Assembly (NCBI GenBank): GCA_002104905.1
Contig: MCFE01000680.1
Location: 1 to 46,845 of the forward strand
Length of the DNA stretch: 46,845 nucleotides
Reading direction: 5' to 3'
Source: Basidiobolus meristosporus CBS 931.73
Taxonomy: Eukaryota; Fungi; Basidiobolomycota
Part shown: in pieces, positions 24,072-37,192 of the stretch
Numbering within the stretch: the first letter of the stretch is position 1
How the letters are laid out: each line of letters starts with the position of its first letter
Translations under genes and position numbers: made by a program
The notes under the pieces: generated by a model
Told to the model about the DNA's origin: nothing
Seen by the model: the letters and a program-made list of their open reading frames with translations, nothing else
Databases searched by the model: none

Positions 24072-27000
24072 TTATGTAGCATAAGCGGATGCGCACCTAC
24101 CATTTCTGTGAGCCATGTCGCTTGCATATCTTCTTGATATCATTGACTCGGTGGGTGTACCTGGAAACAAAAAGTCAAGGAAGTGATTCATCGACCTAGG
24201 CTTCATCTGACTGACATCAGAATAAAAAAGGATACGGATGCCGGTAGAGAGTGCTTGGGCAATATATGGCATAGCGTGAAGCATTCAATGCGGTCATTCT
24301 TACAAGGGGAGCAAGGATTGAGCTGGGCAGAACCATTCCATCCAGCACCGGGCCAAAAAGCTGAATCTGCGTGGAGATTGGGGTTAGCTTCGCATCGACA
24401 AGCACTGGCTCATGTGTAGCTGACCTCTGGATCGCGGAATATATCAATGGCGAACAGGCCGTTGGATGTGGGCGTGATGATGATCTGAACATTGCCGAAA
24501 TCCCCACCAATTGTTTCTCTTCTGTATTCTCGATGGTGCTCGTTCCAAACGATGTGGACATGATCGTTGCCGATGTGTCGTTTCTACAAAAAATCGAGGA
24601 GTAAGCCACTGCATCTCATCGATGGATATTCCTTGGGAAATTCCTTGCTCACCTTTTTCAGTTGCTTGGCGTCACTAGGATCGGTGGGAATCCGCGTGGC
24701 ATCGTGGAACATCATCTCCACGCTGGTTGAGGAGTAGTAGATGGCAGTCTTCCCTGTGGTTTGGTTTCTCTCCAGACCCCCCAGGTAGCCTTTGTGCGTG
24801 TCGAGGGAGACCTCTTGCCCAAGCTCATGAAGGAACTTCTCGTAAGCCTCGCTACCTTTTGAGTTTGACAAAATACTACTTTCATCTTCCTGACCAGGGC
24901 CAACATATAGAACACCGATCTTGATGGTTTCTCGGCTAGAAAGAAACATGCTTAGAAAATGAGTGGATCTACCGAAATAGCCCGCACGGCACTTACCCCG
25001 GTTTCTTGTCCAGCCCTCTTATATCGCGGGTCAATGAGCTGGTGGGGCTTAGGTGGACAAACGACTCTTCTCCAACCAGACTCTGGTTTAACATCCCAAG
25101 CTTACTCAACAGAAGAGTCTTTCGGCGCTGAAGTCTGGATGCTCTCTCAGGTCGGTAAGTGGCCTCAGGAATATCATCACCGGTGGCATCGGAGGTCGTA
25201 TTGAGCGAGTCTTTGCGGACCGGTAAAGTGTGCTCAGCCTCTTCGCTTTTGCCACTAAAAATCCAATCAGTTTATGCAAGACTAAGATGCCGACTTCCCG
25301 CAATATTACCTTGGAGTTCGTGGCAGCTCTGAAGGGGAGGAATCGTCCGAAGACGACTTGGACTGATGTGTTCTAGAAGCAACCATATTAGAAACCGTAC
25401 AGCATACGAGGATATGCAACGACAAACCAACATTTTGGGTTGCTCTTTTCGAGGCAATTCTCCCATCATCTTTTGGATCTTCTTGGGAAGTTCTATTTGA
25501 CTGTCCAACAGATCGGACGATGGCGCTTCACGGAAGACCTGTGGGTCCCACTGGAAGGTTCCAGTCATGTTACGAGCCAGTATCTTCACGCCTATAGGAA
25601 ATTGGATTTAGTACGAGGTAATGGGGTCTCTCTTAATAACAACAACCTTCATCCCCACTGGGGGAGCCTATCAAGGTAAGCAGCGTGTTGTTGTTGTAAA
25701 TGAAATACGAAACATTCTCCTCGTTGAATTGAGAACTGGTCGACAGCTCCAGCCCTTCCGAAAAGGATCCCTGACCGGCGGCTTGGTTGCTGAAATGGTT
25801 CAGGAGATGAACAAGTACAATCTCGCCCGATTCCTGAAATTTCCGCAGTTTAAAGGCGGAACATCCAATTATCGACAGTTACCCAGCTTACCTGGATGAT
25901 GTTGGGCGAGGATTCGGCATCCTCTGCGTTGCTGCCATCGCCCTTCTGGAATATGGTCTTGACCAGAGTGGATGGCCTGATGAATGGTTGGGAGATCTTG
26001 TCAAAGTTGGTGTAGCCCTTGATTTGATCGGCTTGTGACGCGAGGTCGGACTTCTCTGGAGGACTGAGATGGATCGCTCTTTCCAGAGTAGCAAATATCA
26101 TCTGTCGCAGGCCGGAATGCGACATAATCTCCGACGGGGAACACATGATCCATTCCAGCAAGCAGTAAAAGAGCTTGGCAACCACAAACCCTGTAATGGA
26201 GATGAGTAAGGACCGACTGCCAACCAGTGGCGGATGTATTTACCAGTTTCTGAGATCGTTTCGGTATCCACCATCCGGATGTGCGAGTTGATGGCTTCGA
26301 TCAGGTTCCCAATGATATCGTACACCAGCCCCTATTTGTAGAATAAATATCGACGTGGAGATGCCATGTTCGAAAGAACAGCTATTCACCTGATCGAGTG
26401 CACGCAGCCTGTCGGTATAGCCGGAGAACGTATACAGGCATTCGACCGCGCTAATCGCCACCGTGAACACGCGGCAATACATGTGATCCAGAATGGTTCG
26501 GATACACGTTTGAATCAGCGAGATCGATGGACTAGGTGATGAAGACTTGGTTAATAGGTGCTTCGCAGGCAGTTGGGGGATTCATGAATACAACTTCGGG
26601 GTCGAGATCAGCTCATCAAATGCCATCACGCACGCTCCGTTGATCAGCATTGAATGGGTTTGACCAGTCTTCGTTGTAAGTCGATTCAGCTTGCGCGTCT
26701 CTGCTATACACGAGAAGAGCACCTGCTCCAACTCGTTTTTGAGCTGCGCAATGTTGTTAATGTGAGGGTATAATGGCGAAGATGCTTGGCGACCAGCTCA
26801 CCTTGTCAGCATGGAGATATTCAATGGACTCGCGGCCAGTGGGGAAGTTAATTGATGACAATAGGTTTGGAATCCGCAGTGTGGGAAAGTGGTTGGGGAA
26901 ACACAACATTGACAGGAGAATGGTCACAGCGTTTTGACACATTAATTCGTTCACGTAATGAGACATGTATCTGGCGCTGGAATGTAGCTGTCAAACAGAT

Positions 27001-30000
27001 TTTGGTGAGACAAGAGAGTGGGGGCTGGGGCTGCTAAGCAAGTGCCTACCGTGCTTTTGATCACCGTCAGGAATGAGGGAATCACTGCCGGACACCCAGG
27101 CAAAGACAAGCCAAACAGCTTCCGACAGTTCACGAAGAGGATGTGGTGTAACTCGTTGTCCTTGATGCTCAGTCCCTGGTGCCGAAAAATCTCGTTATTC
27201 TTGGCTCGGAGATATACATCATTCTCGGATCAACCTACCCGCAACAGAATCCGGTAGAACTGCGAGTAATAAGCTTCTTCTATTTCGGTGTGGTGTAAGC
27301 GGCAGAGCATTCTGCAGATGCAGCCAAAAGCTACTAGATAGCCCTCTCGGTAGACCCTGCCGAAGTCCGAGCGCAAAAAAATTAGCATACGAACGGCTTG
27401 GAGACATACAGTGGTATTCTTACGAAGACATCTCAGATGCTTCGAAAAGCCAGGGCGCGAATTCAAGGAGATCGGGTTTACAGGCAGCATCGTAGGGCTG
27501 GTGAGCCCGAATCTAACAGCAAGACTATTAGCACATCTAGCCCACAATGTTAGCTACATCAGATTGATTTACCTGAGCTAGCGTATCCCATATCTCTACC
27601 AAGCAACGGATTGCATTTGTGCGAGCAACAGGATCCTGGGGCGAATGGTTACTTCGAGTACAGACGGTAAATGCTTCTTCGATGGTATACATACAGCGAT
27701 ATGGTTAGGATTTCCAAGGAGATGCAAAAAGTTTTTCCATGTGGAAAAGATTCTGTCTTTGTCCCAGTTCAGGGACATCAAGTACGTGAATCCGGAATCT
27801 TCAATATTGGCAAACTCAATGGTGAGCCTGGTGAGGAAAGCGGTTAGAAACTTCCCTACACAAGCAAACGTAAACCGAGCAGCCCGTACCTTCTATTAAT
27901 CGTACTGGTGGATTCGCTCTCTTGGTCTTTGAGCATAGGGAATATCAGTGACTAAAGTTGACACGGAACTCCGGTTAGAGGCAACAGTAACATCAACAAT
28001 ATATATGATTCCAGACGAACTTTAAACGGAGCAAAGTTGTTTTCGTTGAAGGTGTTGTTGGAGTCCAGATTGAAGAGTCGGACGTGCGAAGAGCTACGAT
28101 TGAGAGTCCCTTCTCCATCGCCCTTGCCCTTTCTTGTGTCGTTAGAGACTCCCGAAGCATGGCTGTACACTGTGAGCGTGTTGTCGTCACGGTCGTTACT
28201 CTCCGAAATACTAGACGCAGTCTTGGCGGGCTTCCGAGCCATAACACTTCCACTCGTAGGCCTTTGCAAACGCGTTTTCTTGGGCTGTCTTGTGAGCTCG
28301 CAATTCAACTCATAGTAAACCTCACCTAGTATACGAGTAAGCTGGCAAAGAACGCTCTACATTATCCGGGCGTTAGCGCACAAGGCATTTAAGGAGTCCG
28401 GAGCTGGGGACCACTTACTCTCCACTGATCGATGATCTGAATCCACTTGGATGTCTTTAGGATCTCGGTATTGAGCTTGCTCCAGAGTCTTTCATTTCGC
28501 GTCATGGATCGAGCCCAGACATAGAACAAGGTCTGAAAAGTGGTCGAGTCAATGGAATGCACAACACGCTATTGCTAGGCTCTTTGGATGGTCACCTCGA
28601 AGAAATACTCCACCAGATCATCGGACAGATAGGAGTTGGAAACCTCTTGAGCTTTGGTGGCGTAGACGATGAAGGAATTGATGAGTAGAACCAACAAGCT
28701 CTCCCTGAAGTAACGTTAGTGCAAACGGTCGACGTGGGAGCTGGCGAAGGGCGAAATACCATGTCTCGTCCTCCAACTGGATGGTTCCGTTCTGGGACAC
28801 CGCCCGGAAGATAGAAAGCACTTCTCTGATGAGGATCTCTTGTTTGAAATGATTGTCATAGCATTCAAACCCGGTTTCGAGCACTGATGTGAGCATGCTG
28901 AAGTATTGTCTAAGGTACCCATTGGCCTGGGCGAATGAGCCATCACCGGGGTTGCGTCTCAGAAATGAGGGACGCTCGTTCTCCTAAATTTGATACACAG
29001 TCAGTAAAGACGGGCCCATAGATGCCCATTTGACCCCAATTACCCCGCTTAGCATCCAAACCGCCAAGATATAGGCCGCGCCGCGAGCGCTCTCCAAGTT
29101 CAGCATATCGTGAATAGGCAAGGATAGTGCATTGGCGATGATGTCGTGGATGAATTCTCGATTGTCTTGGGACCCTAGGATGATGGTTTTTAGGATCGGG
29201 CAAGCCGGTGAGGTGGTGGTTTGAGGATTTCCCTTTAGCTCGTCCACACAGTGCTCCACCAGAAAACCAACCAGCCTATGTAGGGCAGAAGGGGGACATG
29301 TGGGGAATCCAAACACTAAAACGGCAAAAGCTCGTTAGCAAAGGCATGGCTATGCACCGCGTTGGTAAAGAGCCAACCTTGGTCCTTTGGCACGCTAACA
29401 AGACCGACTCTCCTGGCACACCGCGGGAACAGCTTGACCAAATAGTGGTTCTTGAACAACTCGAACATGAATTTGGCTGAGGCGTAGGCAGCATCGATTC
29501 CAACTCCAACGGCCACGCCACATTTGATGTCGTCTGTTTCGAGGATCCTAATCTTGTCGCACGGTGGGATTGAGCCAGCAGCCACATGCGCAAGGTATGT
29601 TATATTCTCAAGAACAAGTTGAATCAACTCCCCCACTTCGGAGATCCGAAGAAACTGTGTTGCTGGATAAATGGGAATGCAGCTGGGATCGCCGATCGTC
29701 TCCTGATCTAATGCCAGGTCGGAACGGCCCACCTCCTGGAGGAATATACTGAGCGGGATAGCATTCCGGTATAATTCTCTGACATCAGGCGTCTCTGAAG
29801 TCTGCACATTTATCCAAATCAGAAGCAGTCGCAGCCCTATCTCACGGAGCTTATGGCAATTGTTGCTGCTCAAGATTTGGGTGAATATATCGGCTGTTAG
29901 GGGATGCGTTAGTATGAAAGAGCAGCCACGGCAATCCATCCCAGGTTACCTATTTCGTCTTGGTGCCAGCCATCCCGAATTCTATCGGGCAGTAACAAAA

Positions 30001-30677
30001 ACAGCTTGCGTAAAAGCATCAAAATTTTAATCAGGGTCACCATGTCCTTCGAGTTGAAGGAGGTCGGTCTTTCCGAGCGTTCTGCACGAAATGTGCGAAG
30101 GTTAGCTTAGTCGATAGGCGGCATGTACAAACAGACTTACTTCTGATTTTGTCCGCTTGTGTGATGAATGAATTGTAGATTGCGGAGTATATCTTGTCCG
30201 CATGCTCTTGGAAAAAAACTGCTTGGTCCAGATCGTCGGCAAGATCTTTCCACAACAGATAGCCGTTAGACACGCTACACGGGGTGTATTGTAAATTAAC
30301 TTGTGTCCCATACCGAGAAGATTCCAAAGGGCTAATAGGCGAAGTCTAGGTTTGTTGCGCTCGTCGAAAAAAGGTTTCGCTTTCTTTAGTAGCTTCTCCA
30401 GACGGCTTTCTGGAGTAGGGGGGGCTGTGTCTCTATCCCTTCCGGTAAGCATTCGTGCCAGATTAAACCGACTCGCGAGGTTTACCGAAACATTGGATAT
30501 TACTGGTTTATCGGCCTCGCTATTGTCGGGTTCAGGATCGACTGAGGAGTTGCTGGCGGGTGTGGATGGTTCGTGTGCATGGCTTGTCGAGCTTGGCTTC
30601 TGGGGGGTCTTTCTATTATGCGGCCTTCGAATGGAAAGGCGAGAGGTTATGGGAGACATGTATAAGAGAGCGTTCAT
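24072..30677 (-). CDS. Large Rap/Ran-GAP-domain protein, RalGAP-alpha/tuberin-like (many introns, ends approximate)
   Basis: C-terminal KIGVLYVGPGQEDE..ILSN, YEKFLHELG, LGGLERN, EMMFHDATR and FGPVLDG..LVRMTALNASR. Helical N-terminal exons extend up to about 30.7 kb. Confidence 0.85.
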
Positions 30678-31444
30678 GGGAATAGAATCAAACCCAATCA
30701 ACAGAAATGTGGGGAGCTCACAAGAACTAGAGCAGAGATTAAAAGTAACGAAATTAAGTATCTAATAAGAGGAATTGAAACTAAGAGACAGAATGGTGCA
30801 CTGCGAAAGATAGTTCCTTCCACAGGTTTGACACGTCCGACTATTTACAACTCCGGTATAGTGATGAATAAAATAAGTGTTCAGTCACACCATGTTAATT
30901 AGTAGATCGCTGTAGGAAATGCGATAATATAAACAAGTTGAATCCAATACATAAGCATCTTTGCTGCCCTATCAGGGAAATTGAAGTTGATACAAAAAAT
31001 AAACACAAGAGCATCTCCAGTAGTAACGCGTCTTGCTCATAGTAGAATGTTGATGTATGATTGCGCGCAGCGAGCCCCCCCAAAAATAGATCCATCCTGA
31101 GTGATCGTCTAACCAAGGCTTGATTGGCTATTGCAATCATAACATATCCGTTCCCGTTTGACCAATCGGTTCCTGGACCAAGTGCCCTATAATGTGAATG
31201 CATGCAACCAAGCATGCTCTTAATTTTGTGCCAAGTGAGGGATGACTATATTGTCCTCCCTTTTAGGAAAGTGCATGACTCCCATCAACGCTTGTTGAAT
31301 TTCAGCTTACCCGTTTCTATGTTGCGCAACTGTTGCTTTAATGTGTTTCTGTTTCTTACTAATATGCAAGCACACCAACTTATAACTAGATTACAGAGGC
31401 CCACTATAAACCAGATATTATGTAGGGTTGGTTACAGCTTAGGC

Positions 31445-32402
31445 CTATACTGCATCGGTGTCGTTAGAGCGTTCATTTGTGCTGGTTTCATGGTTGCTTT
31501 TCTTGGAGCTAGACCAAGTCCAGCCAGGTGGGAGAGAATGGATTCTGGTCCCTTCACTTCCCTTGCCGCTTTTCATCTCTCTTGCCCATGCTTCCAGCTG
31601 TGCGACGCACATTTTAGATTCTGTCGCCCCTGTTTCAACCGGATGAGATTGAGTTCCCAAGCAAATACTAGGTTTCAAGTCACTTACATCTAGTCTGAAA
31701 GACGACCTCAGGATTCAGCCCAAAGGAAAAGCCATTGAGAAGGCAGGTGAAAAAGAAGATGGTTGACACTGCGCTGAACATGGTGTATCCAGCACCGTCA
31801 TCACCAAAGCTCTTAGTAAACTTGCGCGGGTTATGATAAATCTTCAACGCCACCAGTGGTATCCACCACGCGAGCATGAAGGAGTTAAGAGCCATCTCGG
31901 AAATCATCAAATTTCCAAAAGCTAGTGGATCCATGATTGCTACGCATTCCCCAAACTTCCCTACTGAACTTTTCAAAGAGACGTAGAACATGGTGAGACA
32001 ACCCAGCTTTACCACCTGCAGTATTACCGCACACATCCCATAAGTGTGCCTGAGTGGGGTCACTGAGAAACATCGGTGTGCCATGATCATTGTTGCAAGT
32101 GCTGTGCTGATGTAGTAGAATAACACGTTGAAGTACCCTTTGAAATGACAGTCGGTCGGAAAGAAGAAATCGGTAATGCGGCAGAAATGACAAGCCACTC
32201 CTGCAAACGCTTCAAATATATTGATGAGGAAGTACTTGTTATCTGGAAACTGATGGTGCAGCCTAACGGAACGATAGCCATTGCTGATATGAACTATCAA
32301 AGTGGCAGAGAAGATCAACATGGCCATGTTGGTCATTGTATACCATTCGAGGTCGAAAGTCACCAGGTCCGACGCTGACTTTCCATCCATTGTGTACTTC
32401 AT
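31445..32402 (-). CDS. Multi-pass (~7TM, GPCR-like) membrane protein, paralogue A (2 exons)
   Basis: A 240-aa hydrophobic exon is spliced (T|gtaagt ... acag|GG) to a C-terminal exon WATESKMCVAQLEAW. Conserved Cys in predicted loops. Confidence 0.75.
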
Positions 32403-32622
32403 TTTGACGTCCTATTCCGCAGAAATTCGAGAATTGCTCCTAAAAGAGATTGAAATATCAGCAATGGTGAGGATTGAACTGGTTATATAGTTACTTGGAT
32501 TCAAAGAATCTTGCCAAGTGGCTTTTCACGACCAAAAGTGATTATATGCACTGTATTTTCTGTTAACCTCGCAAAGCAAATACATTCATGTACTTGCTCC
32601 TAAGCCTAACGTATATTTGGCT

Positions 32623-33045
32623 TTATCGGTATAGCACGTTTGTGACAATGTTGGTATCCCGCTTCGATGTTGATCCATTGATGTGCACTGCAAGGAGTGC
32701 CGTCACAGGATTTTCAATGTGTCGAACCAATGCTAGTTGAGAACTACCTTCCTGCCCAATTGATTGCTCTACCTGCGTGATGTGCATTATATTATACAGA
32801 AGCTCTTTACAAGTGCCCAATACGCTACCGTATGCGATAGCACAAAGCTAGCTGTTGTAGCAGCAGTCGTTATCTCAGTGGAAAAGGTATTGATCGCAAT
32901 CAACACTAACGGTAGGAAAAACTGCTGCCATTCCCTTGTTTGTTGTACATACATTGATTGTAAACTGTGGCTCGGACGTTGCAAAATTAAAATATCCTTA
33001 AAACCAACAATTGGCAACTATACACAACGGTATGTAAATGCATAA
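32623..33045 (-). pseudogene. Possible decayed membrane-protein gene remnant between the paralogues
   Basis: Short hydrophobic ORF pieces. The flank gttggtatcccgcttc and the GT(C/L)(K/Q)G/E-like end recur near 35150-35200. Confidence 0.25.
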
Positions 33046-34034
33046 CATTGATGGTAGAAGCCTATATATACTCCAACTCTAAATTTCATATTAAGACGAT
33101 AAACTATGGGTGCCTCACAATTAGAATATACTCCACTTTAGAAAGTGTTGAAGATCACTGCGATGATCTATGGTATGTGCGCAGATGCTGGACAAGGGGT
33201 GGAGGATGATTTTCGGAGCTCTTAAATTGATTGCTCCAAATACGGTAGTTGGCTGATGTGTACCGCATTTTACCATCCCAATACGCTAGTTGAGTTCCAA
33301 CTAATTAGACATGTTCATCAAACTGTTTGAGATTAATATTCGATCTTATGAATTATTCCGAATGGTTCAAGCGTGACTTAACCCGACACTGGAGTTATTG
33401 GCTTACTGGGGGAAAATGCAATTTTTAATTATGCCGTTAGCAGAACGCTGGGGAAGTTTATCAAAAGAGGTATGCAAAGTTTCAAGTGTTGGGATGCTTT
33501 AAATCTAGTTCCAACAAATGACGTGGACACTCGTAGGACTAGTTTTCAAAAAATTGAAGTTGGGGAAATGCTTGTCGTTTGCAACTCTTCTATTACTATA
33601 TGCGATATATCTCAGCCATTCGCATATCGTTTTCCCAAATGATTATAAGTAAAAGCAGAGATTTCATGGTTTTGGTAGAACTCTGTAAATAGAATGTGTA
33701 AGGGGAGTATGAGAGACCATGGTAGCCTGGACAGCAATAACATTCTAAGTTAATTGATCAAGCAAGCTAACTCTTTGCCGTTTCCTATTATAAATAGGAC
33801 GAAGAAAATATATCCGTCTTGGATCATTAAGAAGAGCACATAGTTTTCTGGCAATGAAGAAACTATGGTGTGAAGCATAGGCCTGCAAGAATAGGAAAGA
33901 ATGGCCTGATCCACTACTGGACAGCTAGTTTGAGTTAATGCAGGTATAAGAGAGAATATATAAGTAAATTAGAGTATTTGAAAATAATGGCGATTTTATT
34001 GGGCTGGATGCAGGCATTGGAAATAAACTTGATT

Positions 34035-34993
34035 CTATACAACAGAGCTGTTACTGGGGCGTTCATTTGTGCCGATGCCATGGTTACTTTTCTTGGAGCT
34101 AGAACAAGTCCATCCAGGTGAGAGAGAATGGATTTTGGAGCCTCCACTCTTCTTACCACGTTTCAACTCTTTGGCTAATGCCTCAAGCTGTGCGACACAC
34201 ATCTTGGATTCTGTCGCCCCTATTCTCAACTGGGTTAGATTGGGCTACCAAACAAATACTAGGTTTTAAGTCACTTACATTTACTCTGCATGAGAACTTC
34301 GGGATTTAGTCCAAAGGAAAAGCCATTGTAAACGCAGGTGAAAAAGAAGATGGTTGACACCGCGCTGAACATGGTATATCCAGCACCGTCCTCACCAAAG
34401 CTCTTAGCGAACTTGCGCGGGTTATGGTAAATCTTTGATGCCACCAGTGGTATCCACCACGCGAGCATAAAGGAGTTAAGAGCTAGCTCAGAAATTAACA
34501 AGTTCACAAAAGCCGATGGGTCCGGGACTGCTACGCATTCCCCAAACTTCCCTATCATACTTCTTAAGGAGATATAAAACATAATAATGCCACCCAGCTT
34601 TACCACCTGCAGTGTCACCGCGCATATACCGTAGACGTGTCTCAGTGGGGTCACCGAGAAGCATCGGTGTGCCATGATCATTGTTGCAAATGCTGTGCTG
34701 ATATAGTAGAATATCAAGTTGAAGTACCCTTTGAAATGACAGTCGGTTGGAAAGAAAAAATCCGTCACACGGCAGAGATGGCAGGCCACCCCAGTGAATG
34801 ATTCGAAAATATTGATGAGGAAGTACTTGTTGTCTGGAAACTGACGATATAGCTGAAAGGAACGGTATGCATTGCTGATGTGAACTATCAAGGTGGCAGA
34901 GAAGATCAACATGGCCATGTTGGTCATTACATACCATTCGAGGTCGAAAGTCACCAGATCAGACGCTGACTTCCCGTCCATTGTGTGGTTCAT
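34035..34993 (-). CDS. Multi-pass (~7TM, GPCR-like) membrane protein, paralogue B (2 exons)
   Basis: Same length, same intron position and high protein similarity to paralogue A. Confidence 0.75.
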
Positions 34994-35162
34994 TGCTCAA
35001 TTGCTCTTGTATCGAAATACTGCTCTAAAAGTGATGGCGATGCCAGCAGTGGGAATCTAGCACCTTATATATTCCTATGACTAGAAGTAATTCCATGCAT
35101 CTTAGCTAAGCAAATACATTCATGCATCAAGCTAATTCGTGAAACAGGGTTGGTATCCCGCT

Positions 35163-35668
35163 TCAATACTTATTCATTGATGTACCCTGCAAGGAGTGCC
35201 GACACGGGATTGCTTTTCCTGCCCGATCGATAAAGAAGTAACTCTCCATCGAGCCGCTATACCAGGTGACGAAGAGTGTCAATAGAGGACAGATTGGTTG
35301 TATTCGTCTATAATAAGAGATGGGACTATATATATAATAATAGATGGGGCTATAACCGTCTATACCATTGGGAGCTGGGACCATGAGTCTTGAGATAGGC
35401 CAAGTTGACGGAAGAGTCAGCGAATCTAACGGCGAGGATGTCCGCTAATGCTTCTTGTATTATGATTGAGCACATCCTATCGATTCACAAAACCATAATC
35501 AGTAACAGTATGCAACGGCAAGTATATGCATTGAATCGTTAGCATTTCGTGGATTCGAAGAGAGATGGCGATGGTACAAGACCACATATACACTACCTCC
35601 ATATCATAAAGGGGTGTTACATTACTACAGATCACTCCACTTATGTAAGCGTTGAAGATCGCTGTCAT
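35163..35668 (-). pseudogene. Possible decayed membrane-protein gene remnant
   Basis: Interrupted hydrophobic ORF fragments starting MTAIFNAYISG, sharing flanking sequence with 32623-32700. Confidence 0.25.
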
Positions 35669-36270
35669 GATTGTGTGTTTTCAGATCTCAGATTACCCAT
35701 GCTGGTTAGAGTATAGCCGGCTGTAACATTCTTTATCATTATATTCCTGATAATAACATTACGCATCCAAACCTAACGATCTGATTGCTCATCAAGATAT
35801 TCCAAATTAGCAATATTCTTGGTAGTTTTGGTGTCTAAATCATTTAGTTAATGAATGAATAGAGTACATACTGTTGAGCTTCTCTAAAAAATGCAAATCA
35901 CTCATTGTCAAAGATAAGGGCAACAGGTATACTAAATAATGTCTTCCAACCATTGTTGAAATTCCCCATATTTATGATGTCTTTAAAATTCAAAAAACTA
36001 TGCATTTACCTCAAAATGGATACTCAAAGTGAATTCCATGAAGAATTAAAGTACATTGCTTGGCAACCTGCTGATACATCTCTAATGCCAGCCTTTTTGG
36101 TACTTTAGAGACCCTAATTGCTACATGTGCTTTTCCCATGTCTTGAAACTCACTTATAGGGATACACAATAGCTAATTGTTATATCAAGGACCTGCCCAA
36201 GATAGACTCATTCACATAGAGTCAATAATACCAGAGTAAGCTGTGAGGCCACTCTATCTTAAGATGCTGA

Positions 36271-36623
36271 AGTTGTATAAGAGTCTTGGAGATACTGGAA
36301 GTGATAGGGAGAACAAACAGATTATGTGGTCTTCAACTCAATGATTTATTGAATGTAATGGTAGCATTTATACTTTTATCTGGTATTGGCAAGATAAACA
36401 TGTAGAGATATGTATAGAAGGTCCCCAAGAGCATGTGTGTGCAAAGTTTGGGACAGTTTGGACAACTTTCAGAATATTTTCTTCTGGGTACCTGATGTTG
36501 TGGTGAGAATATTGTAAGTAAATTTCAACAAGAAATTGGTCAGTGTTCTCTAAGAGTTGTAGGTAATAACCTAAGCAACTAGCTTAGGTCAATATATAGA
36601 TGGAATTACAAGCTCTTACAATA
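36271..36623 (-). repeat. Degenerate solo copia LTR
   Basis: ~353-bp homologue of the copia-2 LTR with decayed termini. No clear TSD. Confidence 0.85.
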
Positions 36624-37192
36624 TGATTTAGACTCTTCCAAAGTTAATTGGCCATTATCCCTATGAAAATTATTATGATGATCCCATCAAAAGGCTGTCA
36701 CAGATTCTAAGTCCCATGACTAAGAGGTATTGACTCCACAAGGACACCATGCAAAGACCATCAAAAAATAATTGCACCCCAGATATCATAAAAACTTGGT
36801 CGATATTTATCATCACAACAATATAAAAGTGGCTTTTGATTGGTTCTCCACCAATTTTCTTACTTTCTGATCCCAGAAACTCTATCACCTCCTACATTTG
36901 TGTGCATTGATTGGCTATTGCCTCTATTTCACACTCCTTACTACCTGACTCCACTGTTTCTCTTACTTTCCATGTATAAAAATTGTTTTATTTCTGTTGA
37001 AACTTCAGTTGTACCTCAATTGCCAATTGTATTGACCTATACAAGTCCCTATACCCTACACTAACATTAAGCCCTACCCCACACTCAACAAGTAACCCCA
37101 TTAAAATCCACCACTCAATAAGCATTTTGGCTGAAATGCTGTGTTTGCACAACATTGGTGGGAACCCCACAGCTTTATGCCATTGTTCATTC

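Noticed and set aside
30895-31215. 106-aa minus-strand ORF upstream of the GAP gene
   Set aside because: No recognisable domain or splice support, so it is not called.
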